Assembly: GCA_903834285.1 (NCBI GenBank)
Contig: CAILIO010000230.1
Span: forward strand, 1,937 to 65,936
Length of the DNA: 64,000 nt
Direction of reading: 5' to 3'
Origin: an uncultured Sphingomonadales bacterium
Lineage (GTDB): Bacteria > Pseudomonadota > Alphaproteobacteria > Sphingomonadales > Sphingomonadaceae
Each line of letters opens with the position of its first letter. The first letter of the stretch is position 1. The translations under genes and the position numbers were made by a program. The notes beneath the pieces are model-generated. The model saw only the letters and a list, made by a program, of their open reading frames with translations. It was not told where the DNA came from and did not search any database. Below are positions 9,517-20,125 of this stretch, piece by piece.

Positions 9517-10050
9517 TCAGACGGCCGCTGCAGACGGCCGATGGATGCGATAAAGGATGTGGGGTCGCAGCGGATCACCTTCCGCAAGCGCAGGATGATC
9601 GAAATCCTCATTGGGATGCCGGATCATACCAAGACGCTCCATCAGCCCCCAACTACGTGTATTGGCGAGATTGGTCATGGCGATGATCGCGGGGACGGAG
9701 AGGTTCTCCCACGCCCACCCAAGCGAAGCCTCGGCTGCCTCCCGCGCAAAGCCCTGCCCCCAAGCGTGATGCGCCAAACGCCAACCGATCTCATACTCGA
9801 GAACGGGTGGACGTGGCGGGAGTATCCCGCAAAAGCCGATGAAATTGCTCTCTGCCTTGTGCTCGATTGCCCAGAACACATGTCCGTGTTCGCGCTCGGT
9901 CGCTATCATCCGATCAACCGCTGCATCGCTTTCAGCGCGGGTGAGCGGAGGCAGATATTCCATGACGAGGGAGTCGCAAGCCATCGCCCAGAACGGCTCA
10001 CGGTCATCATCGCGCCAGGGACGCAGAATCAGCCGGGAGGTCTCGATCAT
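9517..10050 (-). CDS. GNAT-family N-acetyltransferase (RimJ/RimL-like)
   Basis: MIETSRLILRPWRDDDREPF is the typical N-terminus, with HHAWGQGFAREAA as the acetyl-CoA loop. Confidence 0.8.
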   Translation of the reverse strand: MIETSRLILRPWRDDDREPFWAMACDSLVMEYLPPLTRAESDAAVDRMIATEREHGHVFWAIEHKAESNFIGFCGILPPRPPVLEYEIGWRLAHHAWGQGFAREAAEASLGWAWENLSVPAIIAMTNLANTRSWGLMERLGMIRHPNEDFDHPALAEGDPLRPHILYRIHRPSAAAV

Positions 10051-10057
10051 TGACGCT

Positions 10058-11062
<1,005 letters not shown>

Positions 11063-11105
11063 CTAGGCGTTGCAGCACCTTTGGGCAACCGGGCGGAACA
11101 TGCGC

Positions 11106-12719
11106 CTAGCGTTGCGCGCCCAGCACGGCTCCAGGCCGAACCGAAAGAAGCGCCTGCAGCCGCGCCTTGAACGCAGCGACCTGCTTGGGATCGACGGCCT
11201 GTCGGCGCTGGACCATGCGAACCGAAAGGGGATCGACAGCCTGACCGCCACGATAGACCTCGTAGTGGAGGTGAGCGCCAGTGGACAGACCGGTCGATCC
11301 GACATAGCCGATGATCTGCCCGCGCCGGACCATCATCCCCGGCGCGACGGCTATCCGGCTCATATGCCCATAGCCAGTGGCAATGCCGCCGCCATGGTCA
11401 AGGCGTACGTAATTGCCGTGGCCTCCGTGCCAGCCGACGTATTGCACGCGGCCATCCGTCGCTGCGTAGATTGGCGAACCCCATGACGCGGCGAAATCAA
11501 TGCCGGAATGCATGCGGACATAGCCGAGGATCGGATGGCGCCGCATGCCGAAGCCGGACGTTACATGCCCGGCAACCGGCGCACCGAACAGTCCTGTGTC
11601 TGCCTGTCCGCCCCCGGCAAGGTCTGCCAGCGACGTGAAACTGCCGTCAGGCCCCCAGCGCAGCAATTGCGCGCGCGGCTGACCGGAGCGGAGGACACCG
11701 GCGTAAAGCAGATCACCAGCTTCACCCGCGCCATCAGCCGCATGTTTGTATGACACCACGAGATCGAAGGTGTCCGTCGGTGCGATCTCCTCGAACGGCA
11801 ACGCCTGATCGATCGCGCGCAGATAATCCTGAACTGCGCTCGGCGGAGCGCCGGCTGCCCGGGCCGAGCGATACAGACTCGACCCGACCAGCCCCTGAAC
11901 CCGGAGCGGCGTCACATCGATGGCAATGGCTTTGCGGGCGAGCGCGAGGCCACCGCCCTGCCGGCTGATCGACAGCGCGAGATCGAAGCGGGGTCGAAAG
12001 CCGATGGAGAGAAGCGGGCGAGGATCAGACGCGTTGCTTCGTGAACCCAGCGTAATGGCAAAACGAGTGCCGGGCGCAATGTCTGAGAGGGGGACCGTGC
12101 TTGCGACCATGGCCGCGACTTGTTCAGCATCTCCCGAACCGACACCGGCGCGCTGCAGCATACGCGGCAAACTGTCGTTCTCACCGATCGTTGCCGAGAG
12201 CCGGATTTCCGGTCGCTCTGGGGCCGCAGCCAGCCGGATGACAGCGTCGGTTTCGGCGAAATGCCGTCCCTGCGTTGAACCGGTCGAGAGAGACCGCAGA
12301 GATTGCGCGCGAAATTCGACGAGCGACGCTTCATCCAGCGAGACCAGCGGCGCTGCCTCGAGCGGCGCAAAACGAGGCCAGAACATTATCGCAAGGGCGA
12401 TGAGGCCGACAAGCAGACTAAGCCCGCAAAACCATCCGGCGCTGCCAACGTTCTCAGCGAGATCAGGCGCAAGCATTTGCCGATTTGCCCAAAGCTCTAT
12501 GCGGCAGCACCACCGTGTCCATTGCTTGGCAATGGGATGATTACTGTCCCGAAATGTCCGGGGAAGAGAAGATGGCACCGCTGACACTGGCAGTATCGGC
12601 GCGCGGCGCGCTGGTGCAACGCCAGGACGCGCGCGACCGAACGTCGCGTTGCTGGCCAGCCCCAGTTCGTCGCGTGGGCCCAACACTCCGGCAGCTTCCC
12701 TTTCCACCGCAAAGACCAA
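11106..12719 (-). CDS. M23-family metallopeptidase (LytM domain)
   Basis: C-terminal HSGIDFAA ... GHGNYVRLDH ... STGLSTGAHLHYEV (HxxxD / HxH LytM motifs). N-terminal TM segment. The start is uncertain (TTG 12719 or ATG 12476). Confidence 0.85.
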   Translation of the reverse strand: MVFAVEREAAGVLGPRDELGLASNATFGRARPGVAPARRAPILPVSAVPSSLPRTFRDSNHPIAKQWTRWCCRIELWANRQMLAPDLAENVGSAGWFCGLSLLVGLIALAIMFWPRFAPLEAAPLVSLDEASLVEFRAQSLRSLSTGSTQGRHFAETDAVIRLAAAPERPEIRLSATIGENDSLPRMLQRAGVGSGDAEQVAAMVASTVPLSDIAPGTRFAITLGSRSNASDPRPLLSIGFRPRFDLALSISRQGGGLALARKAIAIDVTPLRVQGLVGSSLYRSARAAGAPPSAVQDYLRAIDQALPFEEIAPTDTFDLVVSYKHAADGAGEAGDLLYAGVLRSGQPRAQLLRWGPDGSFTSLADLAGGGQADTGLFGAPVAGHVTSGFGMRRHPILGYVRMHSGIDFAASWGSPIYAATDGRVQYVGWHGGHGNYVRLDHGGGIATGYGHMSRIAVAPGMMVRRGQIIGYVGSTGLSTGAHLHYEVYRGGQAVDPLSVRMVQRRQAVDPKQVAAFKARLQALLSVRPGAVLGAQR

Positions 12720-12918
12720 TCTGTGCGGTTCGGCGTCACATCGTGCTGACGCTGCAGAAGCCCTGCACCCTCAAGGTTAATTCGGCGTAAACCGTCGCTT
12801 GCTAGCTGGATCACGGGACTGCTGGGATTTGCGGCCAACCAGCTTCCAAGCATGGTCAGCGTGACCAGATTTGGCTAACGTGACTAATGCATCTGAGTTG
12901 AATGGGGGCTGCGGGGGC

Positions 12919-13950
12919 ATGAGCGAGGCACAAGTACTGGGTGATGCCATCGGCGCGGGCCTGACGGCACGGACCTTTGAGCCCAAAGCTGGCGAAGGCG
13001 ACGGTGGTCACACACATGAAAGCGCGTGCCTGAACTGTGGCACGCCGCTGATCGGCAGCCATTGCCACAACTGCGGCCAGACGGCGCACGTACACCGCAC
13101 GCTCGGCGCCTTCTTCCATGATCTTCTCCACGGGGTTTTCCATTTCGAAGGGAAGGTCTGGCGCACGTTGCCGATGCTCGCCTTCCGGCCTGGACGGCTG
13201 ACACGCGAGTATATCGACGGCCGCCGCGCGAGCTACGTCTCGCCGCTGGCGCTGTTTCTGTTCAGCGTGTTCATCATGTTCGCGACGATCCAAAATACGG
13301 CCGGCGACCTTGAACTCGGAGACAAGGAGAAGGTCACCATCAACCTTGGCGTGTCCAAGGGTATGCAGGAGGTCGAAAAGGCACTCACCAAATCCCGTGC
13401 CAAGCGCGAAGAGATCGAGGCCAAGGGCGGCGATACCGACGACATTGATACCGAAATCGCCCAGCAGGAGCGCGCCTTGGCCACAATGCGCCGCGTCGGC
13501 GGGGAGAAGCTTTCGTCGACCGGTTTCTCGATCCTCGACAACGTCATCGACGAGACCCAGAGCAATCCCAAGCTGATGATCTACAAAATGCAGAGCCATG
13601 CCTACAAATACAGCTGGGCGCTGGTTCCGATCTCGGTTCCGTTCATGTGGCTGCTGTTCCCCTTCAGCCGCCGATACCACCTTTACGATCACACGGTATT
13701 CGTGACCTACTCACTGAGCTTCATGACCTTGCTGTTCGCCGTCGGGACGATTGCCGGAGCCCTGGGCGCAGCTTCGTTGGCCGGGGTGCTGACGCTGCTT
13801 CCGCCGATCCACATGTACAAACAATTGCGTGGGGCGTACGGGTGCTCGCGTCTCGGCGCGGTCGTAAGGACCTCTGCGCTGGTCGTCTTCGCGACAATGG
13901 CGCTCGCAATCTACCTCGTTGCCATCGCCGCGGAAGCGGGCGCAGGCTGA
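12919..13950 (+). CDS. DUF3667-family membrane protein with N-terminal zinc ribbon
   Basis: CLNCGTPLIGSHCHNCGQ (CxxC..CxxC) followed by RTLGAFFHDLLHGVFHFEGKVWRTLPMLAFRPGRLTREYIDGRRASYVSPLALFLF. Start 12919 or 12871. Confidence 0.7.
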   Translation: MSEAQVLGDAIGAGLTARTFEPKAGEGDGGHTHESACLNCGTPLIGSHCHNCGQTAHVHRTLGAFFHDLLHGVFHFEGKVWRTLPMLAFRPGRLTREYIDGRRASYVSPLALFLFSVFIMFATIQNTAGDLELGDKEKVTINLGVSKGMQEVEKALTKSRAKREEIEAKGGDTDDIDTEIAQQERALATMRRVGGEKLSSTGFSILDNVIDETQSNPKLMIYKMQSHAYKYSWALVPISVPFMWLLFPFSRRYHLYDHTVFVTYSLSFMTLLFAVGTIAGALGAASLAGVLTLLPPIHMYKQLRGAYGCSRLGAVVRTSALVVFATMALAIYLVAIAAEAGAG

Positions 13951-13962
13951 GCTTGGACAGGA

Positions 13963-14943
13963 TCAGCAGTCGAGCACAAACGGTCCGGCAGCGCGCGCTT
14001 CCAATGCGGAGTGAGCGTGCTTCGCGTCAGCCAGCCCGTACCTGCCGCCAAGTGCAAGTGGAAGCTCGCCTGCGCCGATGGAAGAGAACAGCCGGGCCGA
14101 AGCCGCCAGAAAGGTCTCGCGGGTCGAAATGTAGGGCCACAGGAACGGACGCGAGACTTTGGCGGACCTGGCGCCCAGCCGTGAAAGATCAAACGGAGGT
14201 ATCGGCCCGGATGCCTGCCCGTAATGCACGAGGTGCCCTTTGATCGCGAGCGAGGCGAGCGAGTCCTCGAACGTATCAGCCCCGACGGCATCGTAGGAAG
14301 CGCCAACGCCCTCGCCGTCCGTGAATGCCATGACTTTCGCCGGGGTATCCTCCGTGCGGTAGAGGATGACCTCTTCACATCCGGCAGCACGCGCGATCGC
14401 AGCCTTGTCCGGTGATCCCGCGGTCCCGATCACGCGTCCGCCGCGCAAGCGCGCCATCCGAGTCACGAGCTGACCGACACCGCCGCCTGCCGCCTGAACA
14501 AGCACGGCCATTCCCGGTCGAACCGGCTCGACTTCGTCAACCAGCGCCTGCGCGGTAAGCCCCTTGAGGAACCAGGCCGCTGCTATGCCATCGTCGATAC
14601 TCACGGGCACAGGCACGGCAAACGCGGCGCTGATAACGCGCTGGCGCGCATATCCACCGTAGTTCCGGGAGATATAGGCAATCCGGTCGCCCACGGCAAA
14701 ATCGGTCACGCCGGCGCCAATGGCCTCGACCGTGCCAACGGCTTCAAGCCCTGGAACACCGGGAAGCTCGAGAGTGCGATATGAGCCTGAGCGAACGTAG
14801 ATGTCATGGAAATTGACGGACGCTGCATGCTGGCGAACAAGGAGTTCGCCGGGTCCGGGAGCAGCGACCTCAATCGCCTCGAGTTTCATAACATCCGGCC
14901 CGCCATAGCTGCGGATGACGATTGCCTCGCTGGCAGTACCCAT
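13963..14943 (-). CDS. quinone oxidoreductase / zinc-type alcohol dehydrogenase family (Qor-like)
   Basis: GGPDVMKLEAIEVAAPGPGELLVRQHAASVNFHDIYVRSG and AAGGGVG nucleotide motif. Start at internal ATG 14943. Confidence 0.85.
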   Translation of the reverse strand: MGTASEAIVIRSYGGPDVMKLEAIEVAAPGPGELLVRQHAASVNFHDIYVRSGSYRTLELPGVPGLEAVGTVEAIGAGVTDFAVGDRIAYISRNYGGYARQRVISAAFAVPVPVSIDDGIAAAWFLKGLTAQALVDEVEPVRPGMAVLVQAAGGGVGQLVTRMARLRGGRVIGTAGSPDKAAIARAAGCEEVILYRTEDTPAKVMAFTDGEGVGASYDAVGADTFEDSLASLAIKGHLVHYGQASGPIPPFDLSRLGARSAKVSRPFLWPYISTRETFLAASARLFSSIGAGELPLALGGRYGLADAKHAHSALEARAAGPFVLDC

Positions 14944-14962
14944 ATCGATTGCGTGCCCTTGC

Positions 14963-16903
14963 TCAGGCCCCGGCAGGATGGGGATCGCCCGATCCGGAGA
15001 AGCGCCGTCCGGCACGAGGCACAGTGGTACCCTGCGAGGTTACAGGACGTGCAGGACCGCTCGGCGCTTCTGGTCGGTCAAGCTTGCCGTCTTCCATCAG
15101 CGTGCGGATTTCCTCGCCGCTTAGCGTCTCGTACTCCAGCAACGCCTGCGCCAGCAGATGAAGCTTGTCCTCGTTGGACTTGAGAATATCGGTGGCCCGG
15201 GCATGCGCGCCGTCAACCAGCGTGCGGATCTCGCTGTCGATGAGCTTGTTGGTCTCATCGGACATCATGGTGCGCTGCGAACCGCCCATGCCGAGATAGC
15301 CTTCCTGCGCTTCTTCGTACTGAAGCGGTCCGAGCTTGTCGGACATGCCCCACTTAGTGACCATGCTCCGTGCCAGGCTGGTTGCGTACTGGATATCCGA
15401 CGAAGCGCCCGACGAGACCTTGTCGTACCCGAAGATCAGCTCCTCGGCGACGCGGCCACCCATGCTGACCGAGAGATTGGCGTGCATCTTGTCGCGGTGG
15501 TAGGAATAGCTGTCCCGCTCGGGCAGTCGCATGACCATGCCAAGCGCGCGGCCACGAGGGATGATCGTAGCCTTGTGGATCGGATCTGACGCAGCCTCGT
15601 TGATCGAGACGATCGCATGGCCTGCCTCGTGATAGGCGGTCATCTTCTTTTCGTCGTCGGTCATGACCATCGAGCGACGTTCGGCCCCCATCATGACCTT
15701 ATCCTTGGCGTCTTCGAACTCCTGCATCGCGACCAGCCGCTTGTTGCGGCGGGCAGCAAGCAGCGCTGCCTCGTTGACGAGGTTGGCGAGGTCCGCACCG
15801 GAGAAACCCGGGGTACCACGGGCGATAACGCGCGGGAGCACGTCAGGTGCCAACGGCACCTTCTTCATGTGCACGCTGAGAATCTTCTCGCGCCCGTCGA
15901 TGTCGGGTATCGGCACTACGACCTGACGATCAAAGCGGCCAGGGCGAAGCAGAGCGGGATCGAGCACATCGGGCCGGTTCGTCGCCGCAATGATGATGAT
16001 GCCTTCGTTCGCCTCAAAGCCGTCCATCTCGACAAGGAGCTGGTTCAGAGTCTGCTCGCGCTCATCATTCGAATTGCCAAGACCGTGGCCGCGATGACGG
16101 CCGACCGCATCGATTTCATCGATGAACACGATGCAGGGCGCGTTCTTCTTCGCTTGGTCGAACATGTCGCGCACGCGGCTGGCACCGACGCCCACGAACA
16201 TCTCGACAAAATCCGAGCCGGAGATGGTGAAGAAGGGCACGCCGGCCTCGCCGGCAATCGCGCGCGCCAGCAAGGTCTTGCCGGTCCCTGGGGACCCCAC
16301 CAGCAATGCACCCTTCGGAATCTGGCCGCCGAGCTTGGAGAACCGGCTCGGATCGCGCAGGAACTCGACGATTTCCTGGAGTTCCTCACGCGCCTCGTCG
16401 ATGCCGGCGACATCGTCAAACGTGACCTTGCCCGAACGCTCGGTCAGGAGCTTTGCCTTGGACTTGCCGAAGCCCATTGCACCGGAGCCGCCGCCCTTCT
16501 GGACTTGCCGCAGCGCAAAAAAGGCCACGCCCAGAATCAGCAGGAACGGCAGCGATTGCGCGAGGATATAAAGCAAAAGGTTGGGTTCCTCCTGCGCCTT
16601 CCCCGCATAACGCACGCCATGCTCCTGCAGAAGCTTGGTCAGTTCCATGTCGCCTGGGACCGGGACAGTGCTGAACTGCTGGTCGTTCTTGAGTGTCCCG
16701 GTGATCCGGTCCGGCCCAACCTGCACCTCGCGCACGTTGTCCTGCACAACGCTGGTGCGGAAATCGGAATAGGGGATCATCGTTCCGGCCGGATCGGTGC
16801 GCGTGTTGAACATTGACACGACCAGCAACAGAGCGAGGAAGATGCCGCCCCAGATCAGGAGGCTCTTGATCCAGGGATTGCCCTGCGGCTGGTCGTCATT
16901 CAT
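14963..16903 (-). CDS. ftsH: ATP-dependent zinc metalloprotease FtsH
   Basis: Two N-terminal TM segments, Walker [22 protein letters not shown] region, HEAGHA zinc motif. Start at ATG 16903 ([11 protein letters not shown]). Confidence 0.95.
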   Translation of the reverse strand: MNDDQPQGNPWIKSLLIWGGIFLALLLVVSMFNTRTDPAGTMIPYSDFRTSVVQDNVREVQVGPDRITGTLKNDQQFSTVPVPGDMELTKLLQEHGVRYAGKAQEEPNLLLYILAQSLPFLLILGVAFFALRQVQKGGGSGAMGFGKSKAKLLTERSGKVTFDDVAGIDEAREELQEIVEFLRDPSRFSKLGGQIPKGALLVGSPGTGKTLLARAIAGEAGVPFFTISGSDFVEMFVGVGASRVRDMFDQAKKNAPCIVFIDEIDAVGRHRGHGLGNSNDEREQTLNQLLVEMDGFEANEGIIIIAATNRPDVLDPALLRPGRFDRQVVVPIPDIDGREKILSVHMKKVPLAPDVLPRVIARGTPGFSGADLANLVNEAALLAARRNKRLVAMQEFEDAKDKVMMGAERRSMVMTDDEKKMTAYHEAGHAIVSINEAASDPIHKATIIPRGRALGMVMRLPERDSYSYHRDKMHANLSVSMGGRVAEELIFGYDKVSSGASSDIQYATSLARSMVTKWGMSDKLGPLQYEEAQEGYLGMGGSQRTMMSDETNKLIDSEIRTLVDGAHARATDILKSNEDKLHLLAQALLEYETLSGEEIRTLMEDGKLDRPEAPSGPARPVTSQGTTVPRAGRRFSGSGDPHPAGA

Positions 16904-16995
16904 GGCGCGGCTTTCGATCCGGGATAACTCACTCTCCCTAATGTAGGACGCCCATGGGGAATGGCAATATAACCAGAGGTGCGAAATTCTTGCCC

Positions 16996-18001
16996 CTAGG
17001 GTCTTCCCGTCACGGAATCGGAGGCATACCGCGGCTTTGGGGCTAGTGCGAACCGCCACTCAGCCTTTCTGCCATCGCCGCGCACCCCGGCTAGGGTGGC
17101 AATGCCGCCAGCCCGGAGGCGATCATGCCAGCGAGCAAGGGCGTTTCCGCGAGGCTTTTCGGCACCAAGATCGCCGGTGATCCGCTCAAGCACGCGCAGC
17201 GCTACGACTTTAGGGACATCGCCCGGATCCCAGTACCTGATGCCAGCTTCCGCCCTGACGGCAGAAACGCAGCGCCTGGCCATCCATTCAATTGCGGCAT
17301 CAGCTTCGGCAAGATGTCGCGCGCTGGCGGCCACCGCCAACGCGTCGAGCTCCTTGAGCGAACTAAGCTCGATGCGCATCCGGGCCCGCTCAAAACGAAG
17401 ATCGGTGTTCGAGGGATCACGCCCGGGTACAATCCTGGCCTTTGCCACGATCCCGGCTAGATCGCTTCGGCGCCAGCCGAGCAGAGGACGCAGCAACGTG
17501 CATTCCGACTGCCCGGGGAGTGGGGGAGCGCGAGCGCATGGACGCAAGACCACGCAAACCGGCGCCGCGTGACAAGCGCATCAAAAGTGTTTCGGCTTGA
17601 TCATCGGCATGGTGGGCTGTCGCGATGGCCGTCAACCCGTTCCTGACGGCCCACTGCCCAAGCGCAGCATAGCGGGCGTTGCGCGCACGCTCCTGCAGGG
17701 CAGGCCCTCGCTGTAACGCAATGGTCAGGATGTCGTGCCGAATGCCCAACTTCAGGCACAAAGAGGCGACATCTTGCGCCTCCGCCGCACTCTCCGGCCT
17801 GAGACCATGGTCAACGGTCGCAACCATAAAGGAGCCCGGGAGCACGGATTGCGCCAGCAACAGCAGGCCAAGACTGTCCGGCCCGCCCGAAACAGCTAGG
17901 CCTACCGGCGTCCCCTCGGGCCAGATCGTCTCCCAATCCGCAGCGAAGCGGGCTTCCAGCACGCTATCAATTACAGACCACCGGCTTGGTCGCGGCTTCA
18001 T
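16996..18001 (-). pseudogene. tilS: tRNA(Ile)-lysidine synthetase TilS, reading frame interrupted as sequenced
   Basis: The N-terminal half (17417-18001) has the PP-loop LAVSGGPDS and HHADDQAETLLMRLSRGAGLRGLA. The conserved continuation LLRPLLGWRRSDL lies in ORF 16996-17553, one nucleotide out of frame. The frames must be joined within about 17490-17540. Confidence 0.75.
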
Positions 18002-18947
18002 ATTGCGACTTCAAGCGCCCGGCCAGTTCCGACGGATAGGTCTGGCGGAACTCCGCGAAGGCGACGCAAGCGCGTTTGTCCTCCTTGAGCCGGTTCATCG
18101 CGACGCCAAGGTAGAGCAAGCTGTCCGCCGCCCGGTCGCCCTTGCGATCAGCCTGATAGTTCTGGAGGAAATATTGGGCCGCGGTTCCGGGCTTTCCGTC
18201 GTCAAGATAAGCCCGTCCGAGGAGGTTGCGGGCATAGCTGATCCGGGCATGCCGGGGGTACTGCTGGACGACGCGAAGCAACTGCTGCTGGGCCTCGGGG
18301 AAGAACCTGGCTTCCCAAAGGCGGTAGCCGTAGGTATATTCATCGTCACCCTTGTCGTTGGTCGCGGGTTTTTCGATCGCCATGACAGCCGCGACACGAT
18401 CGGGAGGCGCCGCGGCCTTTGTGGCGTCAGGTTTGGCGGCCACCGGTTTAACAGGCGCGGAGGCCTCCGCTGCCGGTCTCGGCACGGGAACCGCCGAGAC
18501 CGGCGGAGATTGCTGGACAGCGGGCGTTGAAACGTTTGTGGCTGCGGACCCTGCCGCCTCTAGTGCGGCAAGGCGGGCTTCAAGCTTTGCTATATGATTC
18601 TGGTTTTCCTCGCTCGCCGCCGTCAGCCGCTGCATTTGCGCTTCCACGGCGTCCATACGGGCAAGCAGGTCGGTCACGGCGGTTGGCGCGGGAGCAGGCA
18701 GGCTTGCTCCGCTGGCGGGCGGGGTGATCTCGGGCACGAAGGTCTTGCCCGCACCATCAGGGAAGACCTTGCGTTGAACTGCCCGCAGCTCGGATTCAAT
18801 ACGCCGCAGGCGAACCTCGGTGCTCTCCGGGACAGTCTGCGCGCTTGCCGCAGGCTGATAGCCGACGGGCGCAAGCGTGGCCGAAAAGGCAAGCGCGGCA
18901 AGGACCGTTGCCGCACCAGTGCGGCCTGAGCCAATCATGATCTTCAT
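17967..18947 (-). CDS. cpoB: Tol-Pal system protein CpoB/YbgF
   Basis: Signal peptide, coiled coil (RLRRIESELRAVQRKVF ... AKLEARLAALE), Ala/Pro-rich linker, C-terminal TPR (YTYGYRLWEARFFPEAQQQLLRVVQQYPRH ... LLYLGVAMNRL). ATG 18947 preceded by GGGAG. Confidence 0.8.
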   Translation of the reverse strand: MKIMIGSGRTGAATVLAALAFSATLAPVGYQPAASAQTVPESTEVRLRRIESELRAVQRKVFPDGAGKTFVPEITPPASGASLPAPAPTAVTDLLARMDAVEAQMQRLTAASEENQNHIAKLEARLAALEAAGSAATNVSTPAVQQSPPVSAVPVPRPAAEASAPVKPVAAKPDATKAAAPPDRVAAVMAIEKPATNDKGDDEYTYGYRLWEARFFPEAQQQLLRVVQQYPRHARISYARNLLGRAYLDDGKPGTAAQYFLQNYQADRKGDRAADSLLYLGVAMNRLKEDKRACVAFAEFRQTYPSELAGRLKSQYEAATKPVVCN

Positions 18948-19043
18948 TGTCACTCCCGTCGGATCACCGCGCCTTCCATGCGCTGCCTATCGGTGCGCAC
19001 GCAAGCATCTGGACGAGAATTGGGTCGCAGATCGATGGGTTTC

Positions 19044-20006
19044 TCACAGATTGCCGCTGTTTGTCGCTGCTTCGCGGCGGATTGGCGTCGTGCTCGTTCC
19101 TGGCCCTGTCGCAGGGGTTGCCGAGCGCGCGCGCAAGCTGGCCGCATCGACAGGAACGTCCTTCATTACCTTTTCCGCTTCTGCCAAACGCGCGATCTGC
19201 AAGCCGCCGACTGTGATCGCGAGAGCATCCGGCCGACCAGTCCAGAGCTTGGGCTCCACCGCCTCGCTCGGCACGGTGTAGCTTTCTCCCTTGGCGAGCT
19301 GCTTCTGCATCAGTTGCTTGCCCTGCCCATCGTAGAACTTGACCCAGACGCCTTCTTCGAGAGCTGTGAATACCACAGGGCCATTAGTCGATGGCTGTGC
19401 AGCTGCTGCCTGCGGCGTATGTGCCTGCTGACGCGGCGCAGCAGCGGCCGGCTGTGCAGGCTGGCGGATGAGTGAAGGCAGCGAAACGGCGGGCGCATAA
19501 TAGCTGCGCCAGAATACCCCTCCCATGGCAAGGATGGCGCCGACCAGCAAAAGCGCGAGCCATCCCACAAGCCGGGACGGTGTCTTTGCAGGATCGCCAA
19601 CCTCGAACTGGTTGAGCAATCTCGGTTCGACGCGTGGTGTGCTGCCCTGGAGTTCCGCTCGGACAGCGTCGGCAATCTCGGCGTCCCCAAGCCCAACCAC
19701 GCGCGCATAAGCCTTCGCAAAGCCGATCGCATAGGGGCGCCCCGGCATCGCGCTGTAGTCGCCCGACTCAAGCGCTTCGATATGGCGAAGCGTAACCCGT
19801 GTACGCTTTGCCACGTCGCCTGAGCTCAACCCTCGCATCTGGCGAGCGGCGACGAGCCGGGCCGATACGCTTGCTTGCGTATTGTCTATCACGCGCGCAG
19901 CCGGTGAAATCACGTCCGCCCCAGAGACAGCCGGGTCGTCCGAGATGTCAGCGGAGTTCGTGTTGCGTTCGCCGTCCTTGGCCACGGCGTAGCTCCCGTC
20001 GTTCAT
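19044..20006 (-). CDS. RodZ-like HTH/DUF4115 cytoskeleton-associated protein
   Basis: HTH LVAARQMRGLSSGDVAKRTRVTLRHIEALESGDY, PGRPYAIGFAKAYARVVGL, single TM, Ala/Pro linker, C-terminal DUF4115-like VWVKFYD...LWTGRPDALAITVGG. Confidence 0.75.
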   Translation of the reverse strand: MNDGSYAVAKDGERNTNSADISDDPAVSGADVISPAARVIDNTQASVSARLVAARQMRGLSSGDVAKRTRVTLRHIEALESGDYSAMPGRPYAIGFAKAYARVVGLGDAEIADAVRAELQGSTPRVEPRLLNQFEVGDPAKTPSRLVGWLALLLVGAILAMGGVFWRSYYAPAVSLPSLIRQPAQPAAAAPRQQAHTPQAAAAQPSTNGPVVFTALEEGVWVKFYDGQGKQLMQKQLAKGESYTVPSEAVEPKLWTGRPDALAITVGGLQIARLAEAEKVMKDVPVDAASLRARSATPATGPGTSTTPIRREAATNSGNL

Positions 20007-20125
20007 TGTTGTTCCGGGTATTCTCTGGTTGGATGCGAGCCCATGCGCAGGCAGCATGCCCCGACTCGAAAAGTCAATGCTTATGAGTCTCTAACGGCAT
20101 GATGTGACGCGTTGGTACGACGAGT

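Noticed and set aside
15617-16816. 399-aa ORF antisense to ftsH
   Set aside because: Same high-GC antisense artefact. The ftsH frame carries all the conserved motifs.
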